A stretch of 64,000 nucleotides of DNA from an uncultured virus (IMG/VR IMGVR_UViG_3300020190_000040) (taxonomy: Duplodnaviria; Heunggongvirae; Uroviricota; Caudoviricetes; Kyanoviridae): the IMG/VR virus record IMGVR_UViG_3300020190_000040; one strand, 5' to 3'. Of the stretch, positions 38,579 to 48,473 are shown in pieces. Under the pieces are notes generated by a model. That model was not told the DNA's origin, made no database searches, and was given only the letters and a program-made list of their open reading frames with translations. The first letter of the stretch is position 1. Each line of letters begins with the position of its first letter. The position numbers and the translations under genes were made by a program.

Positions 38579-38650
38579 TGGGAAATGGTGGATTTGAACC
38601 ACCGACCTCACGATTATCAGTCGTGTGCTCTACCGCTAAGCTAATTTCCC
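38579..38650 (-). tRNA. tRNA-Ile(GAT)
   Basis: CACGA-CTGATAA-TCGTG. Confidence 0.95.
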
Positions 38651-38653
38651 AAA

Positions 38654-38725
38654 TAGGGATGCTGGGAGTTGAACCCAGACTAACCCGTTATAAGCAGGTC
38701 GCTCTAACCATTAAGCTACACCCCC
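38654..38725 (-). tRNA. tRNA-Ile(TAT)
   Basis: ACCTG-CTTATAA-CGGGT, GGTTCAACTCC T-arm, A73. Confidence 0.9.
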
Positions 38726-38732
38726 ATGGGGT

Positions 38733-38861
38733 TCATATTCGCACTAATAGTTTCGCTTTGAGTGCTTGCTTACGCTTTTTAGCTTGGCGTAATGCCTGTG
38801 GTTTCAGACTACGCTTCTGCTCTTTATTGCTGTGGTGTTGCCAGTTTGGAAACGTAGTCAT
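38733..38861 (-). CDS. 42-aa basic protein (not in ORF track)
   Basis: MTTFPNWQHHSNKEQKRSLKPQALRQAKKRKQALKAKLLVRI; TATAAT at 38885-38890. Confidence 0.65.
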   Translation of the reverse strand: MTTFPNWQHHSNKEQKRSLKPQALRQAKKRKQALKAKLLVRI

Positions 38862-38897
38862 CGTCTTGCCTTGATTACCTAGTAATTATAGCATGAA

Positions 38898-39038
38898 TTA
38901 TTTAGGACGAGCGGGGGGTGTGGACAGTTTTGTGATTGTCTGACCTTTGATAAATGCCTTGAGTTCAGGCGTTTCCTCCCATTCCCAGATCTCCTCGTGA
39001 CCCTTGCTATCGATACGCTTAAAACTTTTCTTTGTCAT
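38898..39038 (-). CDS. 46-aa hypothetical protein (not in ORF track)
   Basis: MTKKSFKRIDSKGHEEIWEWEETPELKAF...; GAGG upstream. Confidence 0.6.
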   Translation of the reverse strand: MTKKSFKRIDSKGHEEIWEWEETPELKAFIKGQTITKLSTPPARPK

Positions 39039-39222
39039 TATTCATTTCCTCAAGTTTATCTAGTATACCATCAAATGAACCAATATGGTCAATCTCGCTA
39101 ATCATCTTAGCAATTTGACTACAAACAATTGGTCGTTCTTGTCTAGCAGCGAAAGCAAGTGCATTACGCAAATTTGCCTCTGCTTCCTTCAAACTATCTT
39201 CTACTTGTTTACCTAAAGCCAT
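39019..39222 (-). CDS. hypothetical protein
   Basis: 67-aa ORF; promoter TTGACA-17-TAGGAT at 39249-39277. Confidence 0.8.
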   Translation of the reverse strand: MALGKQVEDSLKEAEANLRNALAFAARQERPIVCSQIAKMISEIDHIGSFDGILDKLEEMNNDKEKF

Positions 39223-39273
39223 ACTATCCTTGAAACTGCGACAGAGTTATCCTACTCGGTTTATAGGATCTTG

Positions 39274-39591
39274 TCAATCCCTCTGTCTCCAATCAGTTTG
39301 ATCTTCATCACGTTTGAACCAATCATGTAGATCATCTGGATTATCAAAACCACGACGACCAAATCTTTCATGTCCCAATCCACCAATATCAAGTTGGTTC
39401 ATGAAATCGTCCATCGCATCCATATCAGGGTTTTCTGCTTTTCTTCTTGCCTGACGAAGTATAGTCGCAGCAGAGCGATTTGCTTTGGAAAGTTTTTCTG
39501 CCCAGATCATATCCTCAAGACTTACTTCCTCTTTCAAAACAATCTTTTCACAAATTGCTTCTAATCTTAATCTATATTGCGTGGAGAGCAT
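39274..39591 (-). CDS. hypothetical protein
   Basis: MLSTQYRLRLE...DWRQRD. Confidence 0.8.
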   Translation of the reverse strand: MLSTQYRLRLEAICEKIVLKEEVSLEDMIWAEKLSKANRSAATILRQARRKAENPDMDAMDDFMNQLDIGGLGHERFGRRGFDNPDDLHDWFKRDEDQTDWRQRD

Positions 39592-39611
39592 AAGATTTTC
39601 CAGATGTAAGG

Positions 39612-39683
39612 TTATTTATTTTTAGGTCGGAAGGGGCAATCAGGACATCCTGCCCCACAGCATCCCCTATTAGTTGATCTCAT
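39612..39683 (-). CDS. 23-aa four-Cys micro-protein (not in ORF track)
   Basis: MRSTNRGCCGAGCPDCPFRPKNK. Confidence 0.5.
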   Translation of the reverse strand: MRSTNRGCCGAGCPDCPFRPKNK

Positions 39684-39699
39684 AGTTTTCCATATAGGG

Positions 39700-39900
39700 T
39701 TATTTAGCATGAATCATTGACTCTAACTCATTGACCCTGCTGAATTCTTCGTATGCTTTTTCAGACCTTTCCGATAGGATATCAGAAATGTCTTCAAGAA
39801 TTACTTCGTTATCGATATATTCATCCAGATACTTATCCAATGCTTCTTTCAGATACCGATAACGATGCCACTCAGGGGAGTATGGTTTGTAGTGTGCCAT
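39700..39900 (-). CDS. hypothetical protein
   Basis: 66-aa ORF below a consensus promoter. Confidence 0.8.
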   Translation of the reverse strand: MAHYKPYSPEWHRYRYLKEALDKYLDEYIDNEVILEDISDILSERSEKAYEEFSRVNELESMIHAK

Positions 39901-39923
39901 AGCAAGATTGATATATGTGGCTA

Positions 39924-39952
39924 ATTATAAGCTATATATGCTAATTTGTCAA
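39924..39952 (-). promoter_or_regulatory. consensus sigma70 promoter
   Basis: TTGACA-17-TATAAT. Confidence 0.9.
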
Positions 39953-40021
39953 GATCAACTTTTTTTATTAATTTTTTGGCAGAAATTTTTTTCCCAAATT
40001 CATGTAATTGAGTTTTGAATT

Positions 40022-41212
40022 TTAGTTTAAGTAAATAGCGGTAGCAATTACAGAAACTTTTGCTGGAGATACAGATAATTTATTTGTTTTACCAAATGAT
40101 AAAACAGATTCTTTCTCCGTTATTTCTAATGCCCCTGCTGCTTTACCAACATTAACTTTAAAAGATTTTTCCGATAAATCTAATACACCAACTTGTTTAG
40201 CAACCTCAACTACAAAATTTCCAGTAGTCGAAGATATTTTAGCTCCACTACCTGATATAATACTATATGATGGAATAGTTTTGCTCTTTCCTGCTCCGAC
40301 TTTAATCAAATAATTTTCTTCTTGTGATGAAGCTGGTTTGGTAGCAGTTCCATTTACCTCAACCTTATATTTTCCTTCTATTTTGTCGGATCTATTACCT
40401 TTAACTACCTGAGCATAATCACCATCAACATTAAGTTCATAACTTTTATTGACAATTTGCCTTACTTTTCCAGTAACACCTAATTCATAATCGCCATTAA
40501 CTGTATACTTAATACTACCTGGAGTACTAATACTATTAGAAGCACCTTTATGAAACTGTTCAGTTGTCACTTCAGCAGCACCTGTGCTAGATTCTGATCC
40601 ACTAATATTTTTTTCAAAAGAAGCAGCATTGAATGCTATTTTACCAGCATTCAAACTAATTCTCCCGCTCTTTTCTCCTGCTTCAATGTTAATGTCTTTC
40701 CCAGACTTGAGATTGAGTGTGCTTGAAGCATTTACTGTTACATTATCACCTTTGATAGCAACTTCACCGCCAATACATTCAATTAATATGTCTCCATAAA
40801 CTTTAAGAGAATAAGCAGGTACTTTAGTTTCTTCTGTAGTTCCTTTTTCTGTTTTAGTTTTACTTAATTTACCATCATCTTGTCTTCCAGTAACTTCAAC
40901 AGAAATTGATGAATGTTTATCAATCTTACCACCTTTAGAAACATTAATCATTTTACCACCACAACCAGATTGACCTGGAGCACCAGCGGTAAAAATCATA
41001 TTGTTTAATGTGTCAAAATGGATTGCCATCTCTCCATTTGTTTTAGCCCATCCATATTTTCCATCAAGAACATAGCAACAATTAAGCCATCCAGCTCCTT
41101 CTATCTGTGACCATACAATTTGAGGTACTTCGCCATAACTAGGAGTGGTTTCAGGTACACTTCCTTTTGTTTTTGCTGGATCTGATTGGGGTTTATTAGT
41201 AGGTGCTGTCAT
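40022..41212 (-). CDS. gp5 C-terminal-like beta-helical spike protein
   Basis: V.G....V.G repeats, ends IYLN, coupled to the gp5 N-terminal gene. Confidence 0.7.
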   Translation of the reverse strand: MTAPTNKPQSDPAKTKGSVPETTPSYGEVPQIVWSQIEGAGWLNCCYVLDGKYGWAKTNGEMAIHFDTLNNMIFTAGAPGQSGCGGKMINVSKGGKIDKHSSISVEVTGRQDDGKLSKTKTEKGTTEETKVPAYSLKVYGDILIECIGGEVAIKGDNVTVNASSTLNLKSGKDINIEAGEKSGRISLNAGKIAFNAASFEKNISGSESSTGAAEVTTEQFHKGASNSISTPGSIKYTVNGDYELGVTGKVRQIVNKSYELNVDGDYAQVVKGNRSDKIEGKYKVEVNGTATKPASSQEENYLIKVGAGKSKTIPSYSIISGSGAKISSTTGNFVVEVAKQVGVLDLSEKSFKVNVGKAAGALEITEKESVLSFGKTNKLSVSPAKVSVIATAIYLN

Positions 41213-44200
41213 TATGGGCAATCAATATATTTACCTGTTCCGATCTTGGCATAACCATTAGTTTCAAGACCTGTTATATCTAGGCAGGTTAGACTTGCTA
41301 AAACTCTAGCACCAGATCCACCGCCACCTATAATAGTTACCGTGGGAATTTCAGAATACTGTGTGACTCTATCAATGATTTCTACACTATATAAAAATCC
41401 TCTTTCATTAATTTTGCCTCTTGCTCTACCTTCAACACCATTGATATAAACTGTTGGTTCTGAAGTGTAATCTCTACCAGGATTTAATAAAGTAAATGAA
41501 TCAATGACACAAAATAGATTTGAATCAAGTGCTGTATTTTTTTGATATCCAATTCCACCTCTAGTAACTCTAACTTCAGAAACTTTTCCATTGGCATCTA
41601 ACAATGCTATAGCCGAAGCGCCATATCCTCCACCAGTAATAATAATTTTTGGTGGTTGTTGATATGGGCAACCAGGATCTTTAACTGGAATGCTAATGAT
41701 TGCTCCTTTATTATCTGTAATTGGAGCACCAAATAATGGTGGTGCATAACAAGGTTCTAATTCAATTTTATCATCTGGTATATCAATTCCAATAGATTCA
41801 TTTAAAATTACAACGTCAGCAAAAGCATTTGTTCCACTAATAACACATCTCAATGCCTCTTGATTTTCGGTAATGTTATCTTCTGCTAATGTTACATAGA
41901 ATTTTGCTGTGTTATTAATGATAACAAAAGATCCGAATAAAGATTCGGAAGTAATATCTTTTGTAGTAATATTAGGTCCAAACAATAGATACTGTAACGT
42001 AGTGCCATCACTTACATTACTTGTGGTGACGGTATAAGTTATTGTTTCTCCTTCTTTATATTCAAATTTATCTGTAGCGATTGAATAGACAGCAACATTA
42101 TCTGGTAAAGTTATTGTATCACTTTGAGCGGCAATAACTACATCAGCAGAAGCAGTTGTGTTATTAATATTGAATGTTAATAATTCTGCTTGCTCTAAAG
42201 TAGAATCAGATGCTACTGTTACTTGAACTTGTGCTGTATTGTTTTGTATAGTAAACGATCCTGTTAAAGATCCACCTACAATATCAGTAGTAGTGATATT
42301 ACCACCAGATAAAGTGTAGTCTAATACAGTATTGTTTGCCACATTTAATGTTGTTATTGTATATGTAATTGTTTCGCCTTCAACAACTGTAACTTTATCA
42401 GCAACAACAGAATATTCTGGTGTTGTTAATGTGTCCGCTAAAATTAATACTGATGTAGAAGCTTGAGTATTATCAATTCCAAAGAATAATGTTTCTTCAT
42501 CTTCATCATCATTATTTGCTAAGGTCACATCAACTATCGCTTTATTGTTTTGAATAGTAAATGATCCAGTTAAATTGCCGCCGATAATATCAGCAGCAGT
42601 AATATTTGCTCCGTCAATAGTATAATTTAATATAGTTCCATTGCTTACATTAGCTGTTATAATTGTAAACTTAATTGTTTCTCCTTCTTTATAAGAAGAT
42701 TTATCTGATGTCACACTATAAGATTGTACAACTGGAATTGGATCCAGTTGGATTGGAGAAGCAATAATTGGTTCTGGATTTGTTAAAATTGGTACTAATA
42801 TTGGTGTTGGTTTTGTATTTCCACCCCCACCACCGCCGCCAGGTGGTGTAGTAGCGCCAGGAGAGTCTAAAATTTCACATGTAAATGTTTTTCCGTCGGG
42901 ATATATATTGATATGTCCTGGGGGTATAGTAGCATCTTCTAATTTTAAAGTAAAATTTTCTGGTCCTTCAACGGTGCTATCAATTAATGTGGTATATATA
43001 ATTTCTTTTGATGTTTCTCCTGGAGAAAATCCTAAAGTTCCAGAACTAGCAGTAACAGCAACAAAATCAGAACCTAAAGTAGCCGTGCCGTTAATGGTTG
43101 TATATGCCACACTAGATGACACAGTTGTGTTTCCTGTTCTTAGTATGGTAAAGATAGCATTTTTACCTTCGACAGTAATAATATTTTGAGCCTGATATTT
43201 AATTATTTTTTCTCCTGGAACAACTGTATCGCCAGGCGAAGGATTTACAGGTGGACTAAAAATACCACCAATAGGAATAATTTTTGTTGTTTCTGGTGGT
43301 GGAGGATCTTGAGCATCTTGACAAACAGATCCTGGAGCACTTGGACCTGCTTCAAGCTGAGCAATTAAATCATCTAACCAATCTTTCTTATCATCTGTAC
43401 CACAATCAGTACATTCTTTTGTTACTTTTTCACACTGAGCACCAGGACCATCACAAGAAATACCTAGTAGTTGGAAGACAGTATTGATAGCAGACCCAAT
43501 AATATTTAATGGTTCTGCTACTATTGCTAGCAATTCTTGTAGAGGTCCCAGTACACTAGCAATAAGTTCTTCTAAGAAGCCTAAAATTTCATTGATAATA
43601 CCGTCAACTAATGTATCTACAAGACAAGCAGCAGCGTTGTAAGCATCCATTAGATAACCAAGTAAAAGATCTGTCAACCACTGAGCAAGTCGATCTGTAA
43701 AATCTGCCATGCTACATCCAAGATCTTCTAAAACTTTATTGACAGCATCTAAGATTGGTTTAATTCTACTTTGTTTTTTTGTGATAGGTTGAAAGGGTTT
43801 AATACCTAAATCTGGATTGACTGGTCCAGTATTTGTATTACCTAAAGCATCAGTTGTTGCTACATCTTCTGTTAGTAATAACTGGACTAGTTTATCTACT
43901 CCGTCACGAATTAATTTAACAATTTCTCCTTTCACCCTGTTCAAAAAGCTAGTCACTAATCGAATAGCTTTATTAACATACTCCATGCCATTGTCAATAT
44001 AGTTAGTAAGTTCACCATTAATTGTACTGACATAATATGTTCCTAACTGACCGCCCGATTGTTGGTTAGCAGCAAGCATTCCGCCTAAGATATTTGTCAA
44101 CCCACCTTTTAAATCTGATTCCGATCCACATTTTGGATTAGCAATCTCAACACAAACTTTAGATCCAGTTGGATTGGTAGCAGTATTCTCAGCAAACAAT

Positions 44201-44766
44201 CCATAGAAAGCAGAAGGTGGTGTATCTGTAGCAATTGCTGGCAATCCAGCTTCACCTACCTTAGTATACTCAGTGTTATCTTTTGATGTGTCTCCATCCT
44301 TTTTATCTTTCTCTGCTAATGGAGCATGAAGATATGGATTTGAATTGGGGTCTAAAAATGTAGTAAAAGATTTACATGATGAATTTGGTTTAGGATCTTT
44401 CTCTACATTCTTTTTTAATGTAGCACCAGTAGTATGACCAATCGATCCCATAATGATTGGTTTTTGTTTATCATTATCTAAGTAAAATCCTACTACCCAA
44501 TTGCCTATCTTTAAGTTAACAGTCCCTCCTGTTGTACCTCCATCAGTAAACGGAACTGTTACTGGCATCATCACATTAGCCCACGGCAAATCTTTAGTTG
44601 CCGTAGCATCACAATCTTTTAAGTGCTGTCCTACAATACGTACTTTGTACCTACCAGATTTTTTAGGATCATCATTACTATTAGATTCAATCTGACCAAT
44701 CCACCAGTTAAATCCATCAGATCCGATTTGATGTACTGGGAACAGTGAAGATAATACTTGATCCAT
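41212..44766 (-). CDS. gp5: baseplate hub gp5-like protein (OB fold) with Calx-beta-like repeats
   Basis: FNWWIGQIE...GRYKVRIVGQH...LPWANVMMP...VVGFYLD...PIIMGSI; four EG..I.F/YT repeats; no lysozyme domain seen. Confidence 0.85.
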   Translation of the reverse strand: MDQVLSSLFPVHQIGSDGFNWWIGQIESNSNDDPKKSGRYKVRIVGQHLKDCDATATKDLPWANVMMPVTVPFTDGGTTGGTVNLKIGNWVVGFYLDNDKQKPIIMGSIGHTTGATLKKNVEKDPKPNSSCKSFTTFLDPNSNPYLHAPLAEKDKKDGDTSKDNTEYTKVGEAGLPAIATDTPPSAFYGLFAENTATNPTGSKVCVEIANPKCGSESDLKGGLTNILGGMLAANQQSGGQLGTYYVSTINGELTNYIDNGMEYVNKAIRLVTSFLNRVKGEIVKLIRDGVDKLVQLLLTEDVATTDALGNTNTGPVNPDLGIKPFQPITKKQSRIKPILDAVNKVLEDLGCSMADFTDRLAQWLTDLLLGYLMDAYNAAACLVDTLVDGIINEILGFLEELIASVLGPLQELLAIVAEPLNIIGSAINTVFQLLGISCDGPGAQCEKVTKECTDCGTDDKKDWLDDLIAQLEAGPSAPGSVCQDAQDPPPPETTKIIPIGGIFSPPVNPSPGDTVVPGEKIIKYQAQNIITVEGKNAIFTILRTGNTTVSSSVAYTTINGTATLGSDFVAVTASSGTLGFSPGETSKEIIYTTLIDSTVEGPENFTLKLEDATIPPGHINIYPDGKTFTCEILDSPGATTPPGGGGGGGNTKPTPILVPILTNPEPIIASPIQLDPIPVVQSYSVTSDKSSYKEGETIKFTIITANVSNGTILNYTIDGANITAADIIGGNLTGSFTIQNNKAIVDVTLANNDDEDEETLFFGIDNTQASTSVLILADTLTTPEYSVVADKVTVVEGETITYTITTLNVANNTVLDYTLSGGNITTTDIVGGSLTGSFTIQNNTAQVQVTVASDSTLEQAELLTFNINNTTASADVVIAAQSDTITLPDNVAVYSIATDKFEYKEGETITYTVTTSNVSDGTTLQYLLFGPNITTKDITSESLFGSFVIINNTAKFYVTLAEDNITENQEALRCVISGTNAFADVVILNESIGIDIPDDKIELEPCYAPPLFGAPITDNKGAIISIPVKDPGCPYQQPPKIIITGGGYGASAIALLDANGKVSEVRVTRGGIGYQKNTALDSNLFCVIDSFTLLNPGRDYTSEPTVYINGVEGRARGKINERGFLYSVEIIDRVTQYSEIPTVTIIGGGGSGARVLASLTCLDITGLETNGYAKIGTGKYIDCP

Positions 44767-44767
44767 A

Positions 44768-46180
44768 TCACTTTACATTGCTAGAATAATTTTTAATACC
44801 ATTTGTATCCCTAATCAATTCTAATTTCGTGGCACATGTAGAAGTATTTAGAAGCATATTGTTATGAGATAATTTAGATATTAAATAAGTACCACTATTT
44901 TCTTCATCATATTGTTGTACATCTCTTTTTTCTTGACTAGAAACATTTGGCAGCATAACTTTTATTTTATCGCCTACTTTTAACGCCATGTTACCTGGAA
45001 TTAGTATTTCTAATTTATGAGTCTCCATAAGATATCTTCTAGCAATTCCTTGAGATACATAAAATTTTTGATAATCTGGGAAAGAAGATCCTCCAGATGT
45101 AGATGTTTTTCCTCTATCTTTTTCTTCAGGAGAACCAGGACCATCACCATCAAACCATGTTTCATGATCTAAAACCATTGACATAATTCTAGTTGGATAC
45201 TGCCCAAGATTTTTTTGAAACTCAGGTAACTTTGCTTGACTACCTAGATGAGACATAGCATTAAAAGTATCTGCTAAATTATAAGTATATTCTTCGTAAG
45301 CACCTGTGGAAAAATTATAAAACACCATATAGGTTGAGAAAATTCCATTCCTCATTTGATCAATCATATCTAATTCATCTGTGAATTGATACTCTTCTAT
45401 TGTATAAACATTATTTGGATTGCCAGCATCCATAGATGGTTTGTATGTATATGTAGCTACAGGAGGTTTGCCTCCAAATCCATCAGATCCATCAGAACAT
45501 AATAAATCCATAGATTTAAATACGAAACCATCTTTAGTTTCAAAGAACAAATATCCAGCAGTTCCAGATGCCTTTTGTGTATTGGTTGGTATAGAAGATT
45601 TAGATCCAGATCTAGATGAAGTTTGTTCTCCTTTGGATATAGTAGATCTTTTTGGAACAGATTTAAATTGTAATGTTTGTATTATAGCGTGGGCTTTTTT
45701 ACCGTTTGGATAAAAATTAACATTATATTTTGCTATTTCAACATCAACTTTTTTCTTAGTTGCCAAATATTTTGTTAGAATACTTTTCACCACTTCATTT
45801 GGCAATCCAGATAGCTTTTCCGTAATTCTAACACCTTCATTATACAATGCTTCTTTAGATATCAATGATAGATTATAGGTTTGTATTTTTTTAGTAAAAG
45901 ATCTGTCGTATATTTTCCAAACATGTAAATCATATTCGTATGTTTTGTCTTGTACGTCTTTCAATTTAATTACTACTCTTTCACCACCTTGAATAGGTAA
46001 AGTGCCAATTAAATTCATACCGCTATCAACAACGTTTAACACCGCTGTTATAAACGGAGAATAAATGTCTTCGTAGTAAGCGAATGCCACACAAATTTTT
46101 GTAATGTCAAACTGCTTTCCTTTTACATCGTATAAAGTTGCTTTTACTAATTCTATACTACTACTATTAGGATTTGCCAT
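44768..46180 (-). CDS. baseplate hub / tail protein (gp27-like)
   Basis: YYEDIYSPFITA, YLFFETKDGFVFKS, IPGN..LKVGD, SGTYLI; position between tape-measure-like genes and gp5. Confidence 0.7.
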   Translation of the reverse strand: MANPNSSSIELVKATLYDVKGKQFDITKICVAFAYYEDIYSPFITAVLNVVDSGMNLIGTLPIQGGERVVIKLKDVQDKTYEYDLHVWKIYDRSFTKKIQTYNLSLISKEALYNEGVRITEKLSGLPNEVVKSILTKYLATKKKVDVEIAKYNVNFYPNGKKAHAIIQTLQFKSVPKRSTISKGEQTSSRSGSKSSIPTNTQKASGTAGYLFFETKDGFVFKSMDLLCSDGSDGFGGKPPVATYTYKPSMDAGNPNNVYTIEEYQFTDELDMIDQMRNGIFSTYMVFYNFSTGAYEEYTYNLADTFNAMSHLGSQAKLPEFQKNLGQYPTRIMSMVLDHETWFDGDGPGSPEEKDRGKTSTSGGSSFPDYQKFYVSQGIARRYLMETHKLEILIPGNMALKVGDKIKVMLPNVSSQEKRDVQQYDEENSGTYLISKLSHNNMLLNTSTCATKLELIRDTNGIKNYSSNVK

Positions 46181-46182
46181 AA

Positions 46183-48444
46183 TTACCAGCGGAAAATATA
46201 ATTAGGTGATGATGGATTTGCTGAAAACACGTTTTTTATATGAGATACTCCTGGCGGAGGTTGTGGATTGTTTTTAGGTTTTGCTTTAGGTCTAGAAGCA
46301 ACTACAGTTGTATTAGAAGCACTAGTTGCTCCACGAGTGTTACTGTTTGGGGTAGGAGTTCTAGTGCCTGGTTGAACAGATGGATTAGCTATTACTGGGG
46401 TTGTTCCTGGAGCACCAACTGTAGCTCGTCTAGCATAATCAATTTTAGATAATGCTATAGAACCTTTTGTAACTTTACCACTTTGATTTCCACCTATCAA
46501 ATCCACATATCCATCTTTAGGTGTACCAATAGCAAACATGACATGAGATTTAGATCCTCCTCCATAATCACCAACAATTACATCGCCTGGTTGAATATTA
46601 TTTTTATCTACAGGAGATCCCCAGTTTTCAAAACTATTTGCCGCGGGTGATCCAGATCCTTGTATCCCATTTCTTTGTAGTTGGGAATTAACATAGTCGG
46701 CACACCAAGCTTGTTTTGTCGGATCACCTATTCCAGCACCACCAGTACTCATAATTTCATCCTTCATTTCAGCAGCATTTTTACCAACATCTGCTTCCAA
46801 ATCAGCTATCAAACTTCCTGGCGTGCCACTTGGAGGATTGCCACCACCGCCTCCACCGCCGCCGCCTTGGCGTTTTCCTTTTCCTTTCTTTTTATCATCA
46901 TCACCTTTTAGAAAATCTGCTATACCTTTAGAATCTAAAGTAGCGGCTTCTGCTGAACCACCACCAAGTAAAGAACCTATAATACCAGCAGGCAGTCCGA
47001 ATACTCTAGCTAATGGACTAAACATTTGTGATAGAAATGGTCCTATAATTTTACCAACGCCACCAAGATTTTTGAAGACTTCTGTCATCGTAGATAATAA
47101 TAAACCACCAGCAGCAGTAGTTGGTAATTGTAATGCTTTACCTAATGAATCACCAACAGTTTTTCCAGATGATGTTTTAGCATCAGTTGCTTTTGGTTTT
47201 TGCTCTTGAAATGCTTTCTTAACTGGATTGTTTCTATTTAATGGTATTACTGCTTGCCCTGGTTGTAGAACTGTTTTGGTTGGATTATCTACAATCCCAC
47301 CTCTAGCTAATTTCTGCTGTGGTTGTACAGAATTTTGCTGTGGTTTTTGAGATAGAGTTTTATTTTCTACAGGTTTTGATGTAGGGACAATATTATTTTT
47401 TGCCTCTGGAGTTTGTGATTGAGGTGTTAGTGTTGTACCCGAAGGAGCAATACCGCCTTCTGAAAGTTTAGGAAGCGATCTTAATCCTCTAGCGAAACCA
47501 ACTCTTCCCCTTCTGTTTAATCTTCTAGCACTTCTTCCTACTCCTCTTCTAAAATTATTAAACTTCCTTCTAGCGTATCTTCTTCTAACCCCTCTTCTTC
47601 TCCTCCTACCCCTTTTGTCAACATCAAAATCAAACATTCTATCCATGAAAGATCTGTTGCCAGAATCTTCTTCGTCATCTTCTTCATCTTGAGCGTATGG
47701 ATCACTATACTTAACACTACCTGATAGATCCTGTCCAGATTCTAATCTTGCTTCGATTTGTTTTAGATCATTACTTTCTTTTTGATCAACAAAGAAATCT
47801 AATTGTTGATTTTCAGTCTTGTTTTCTTCTTCTTGTAAGTCATTATTCTTATTAAAGAAATTTTTAATTGTTGTCAATCCAGATGTTATTTTAGTAAGAG
47901 ACTTTGTATTTTTAATCTCTTCTTGAACAGCACCCTTTTCTTTGCTAGATAAAGCACCTATTTTATCAGCAATATTATCATAAGACTTTTGTATATTGTC
48001 AAACGCTACAGACAACCAAGACTTTAAAGATTTGTCTTCAACGTTTACAACGTTTTTATCATTACCTCCTGTATTTAAAGGTAACTCTAGTTGTTTAAAT
48101 GGTTCTGGCTTTACAATATCTGAACCTAATAAAGCAGAAAATCTTTGTCGCTTTGATAAAGCAGGATCTTCTGATTCTGTAGGATCATTTGAAAATGTTC
48201 CTTTTGTTCTTCTTATTAAATCTCCGCCAAATTCATGAGATAAAGCTTTACCAAAAAAGTATCCCTTATCATATTTTTGTATATCTTCTTCAGGAACACC
48301 TTCAGCACGTTGTTGTTCTGCCTTTTCGTTTGCTGCTTTTCTTTCTTCTGCCGACATTTGTGCAGCATCTTTTACTTTCTTAGCAAGGTATTCAGCAAGA
48401 CTTCCTGTATCTGGTTTAGAATAACTTACGGATCCGTGTGCCAT
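46183..48444 (-). CDS. tape-measure/hub-like protein with C-terminal CHAP/NlpC-like (TIGR02594-type) domain
   Basis: AWCADYVN...A.SFENWG...PGDVIV...SHVMF...IGGNQS. Confidence 0.7.
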   Translation of the reverse strand: MAHGSVSYSKPDTGSLAEYLAKKVKDAAQMSAEERKAANEKAEQQRAEGVPEEDIQKYDKGYFFGKALSHEFGGDLIRRTKGTFSNDPTESEDPALSKRQRFSALLGSDIVKPEPFKQLELPLNTGGNDKNVVNVEDKSLKSWLSVAFDNIQKSYDNIADKIGALSSKEKGAVQEEIKNTKSLTKITSGLTTIKNFFNKNNDLQEEENKTENQQLDFFVDQKESNDLKQIEARLESGQDLSGSVKYSDPYAQDEEDDEEDSGNRSFMDRMFDFDVDKRGRRRRRGVRRRYARRKFNNFRRGVGRSARRLNRRGRVGFARGLRSLPKLSEGGIAPSGTTLTPQSQTPEAKNNIVPTSKPVENKTLSQKPQQNSVQPQQKLARGGIVDNPTKTVLQPGQAVIPLNRNNPVKKAFQEQKPKATDAKTSSGKTVGDSLGKALQLPTTAAGGLLLSTMTEVFKNLGGVGKIIGPFLSQMFSPLARVFGLPAGIIGSLLGGGSAEAATLDSKGIADFLKGDDDKKKGKGKRQGGGGGGGGGNPPSGTPGSLIADLEADVGKNAAEMKDEIMSTGGAGIGDPTKQAWCADYVNSQLQRNGIQGSGSPAANSFENWGSPVDKNNIQPGDVIVGDYGGGSKSHVMFAIGTPKDGYVDLIGGNQSGKVTKGSIALSKIDYARRATVGAPGTTPVIANPSVQPGTRTPTPNSNTRGATSASNTTVVASRPKAKPKNNPQPPPGVSHIKNVFSANPSSPNYIFRW

Positions 48445-48473
48445 TTAATGCTACATCCCTTTTAATATTTAGA

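Noticed and set aside
37793..38874. ORFs 37793-37996, 38578-38874 and 35622-35816
   Set aside because: They overlap clear tRNA genes
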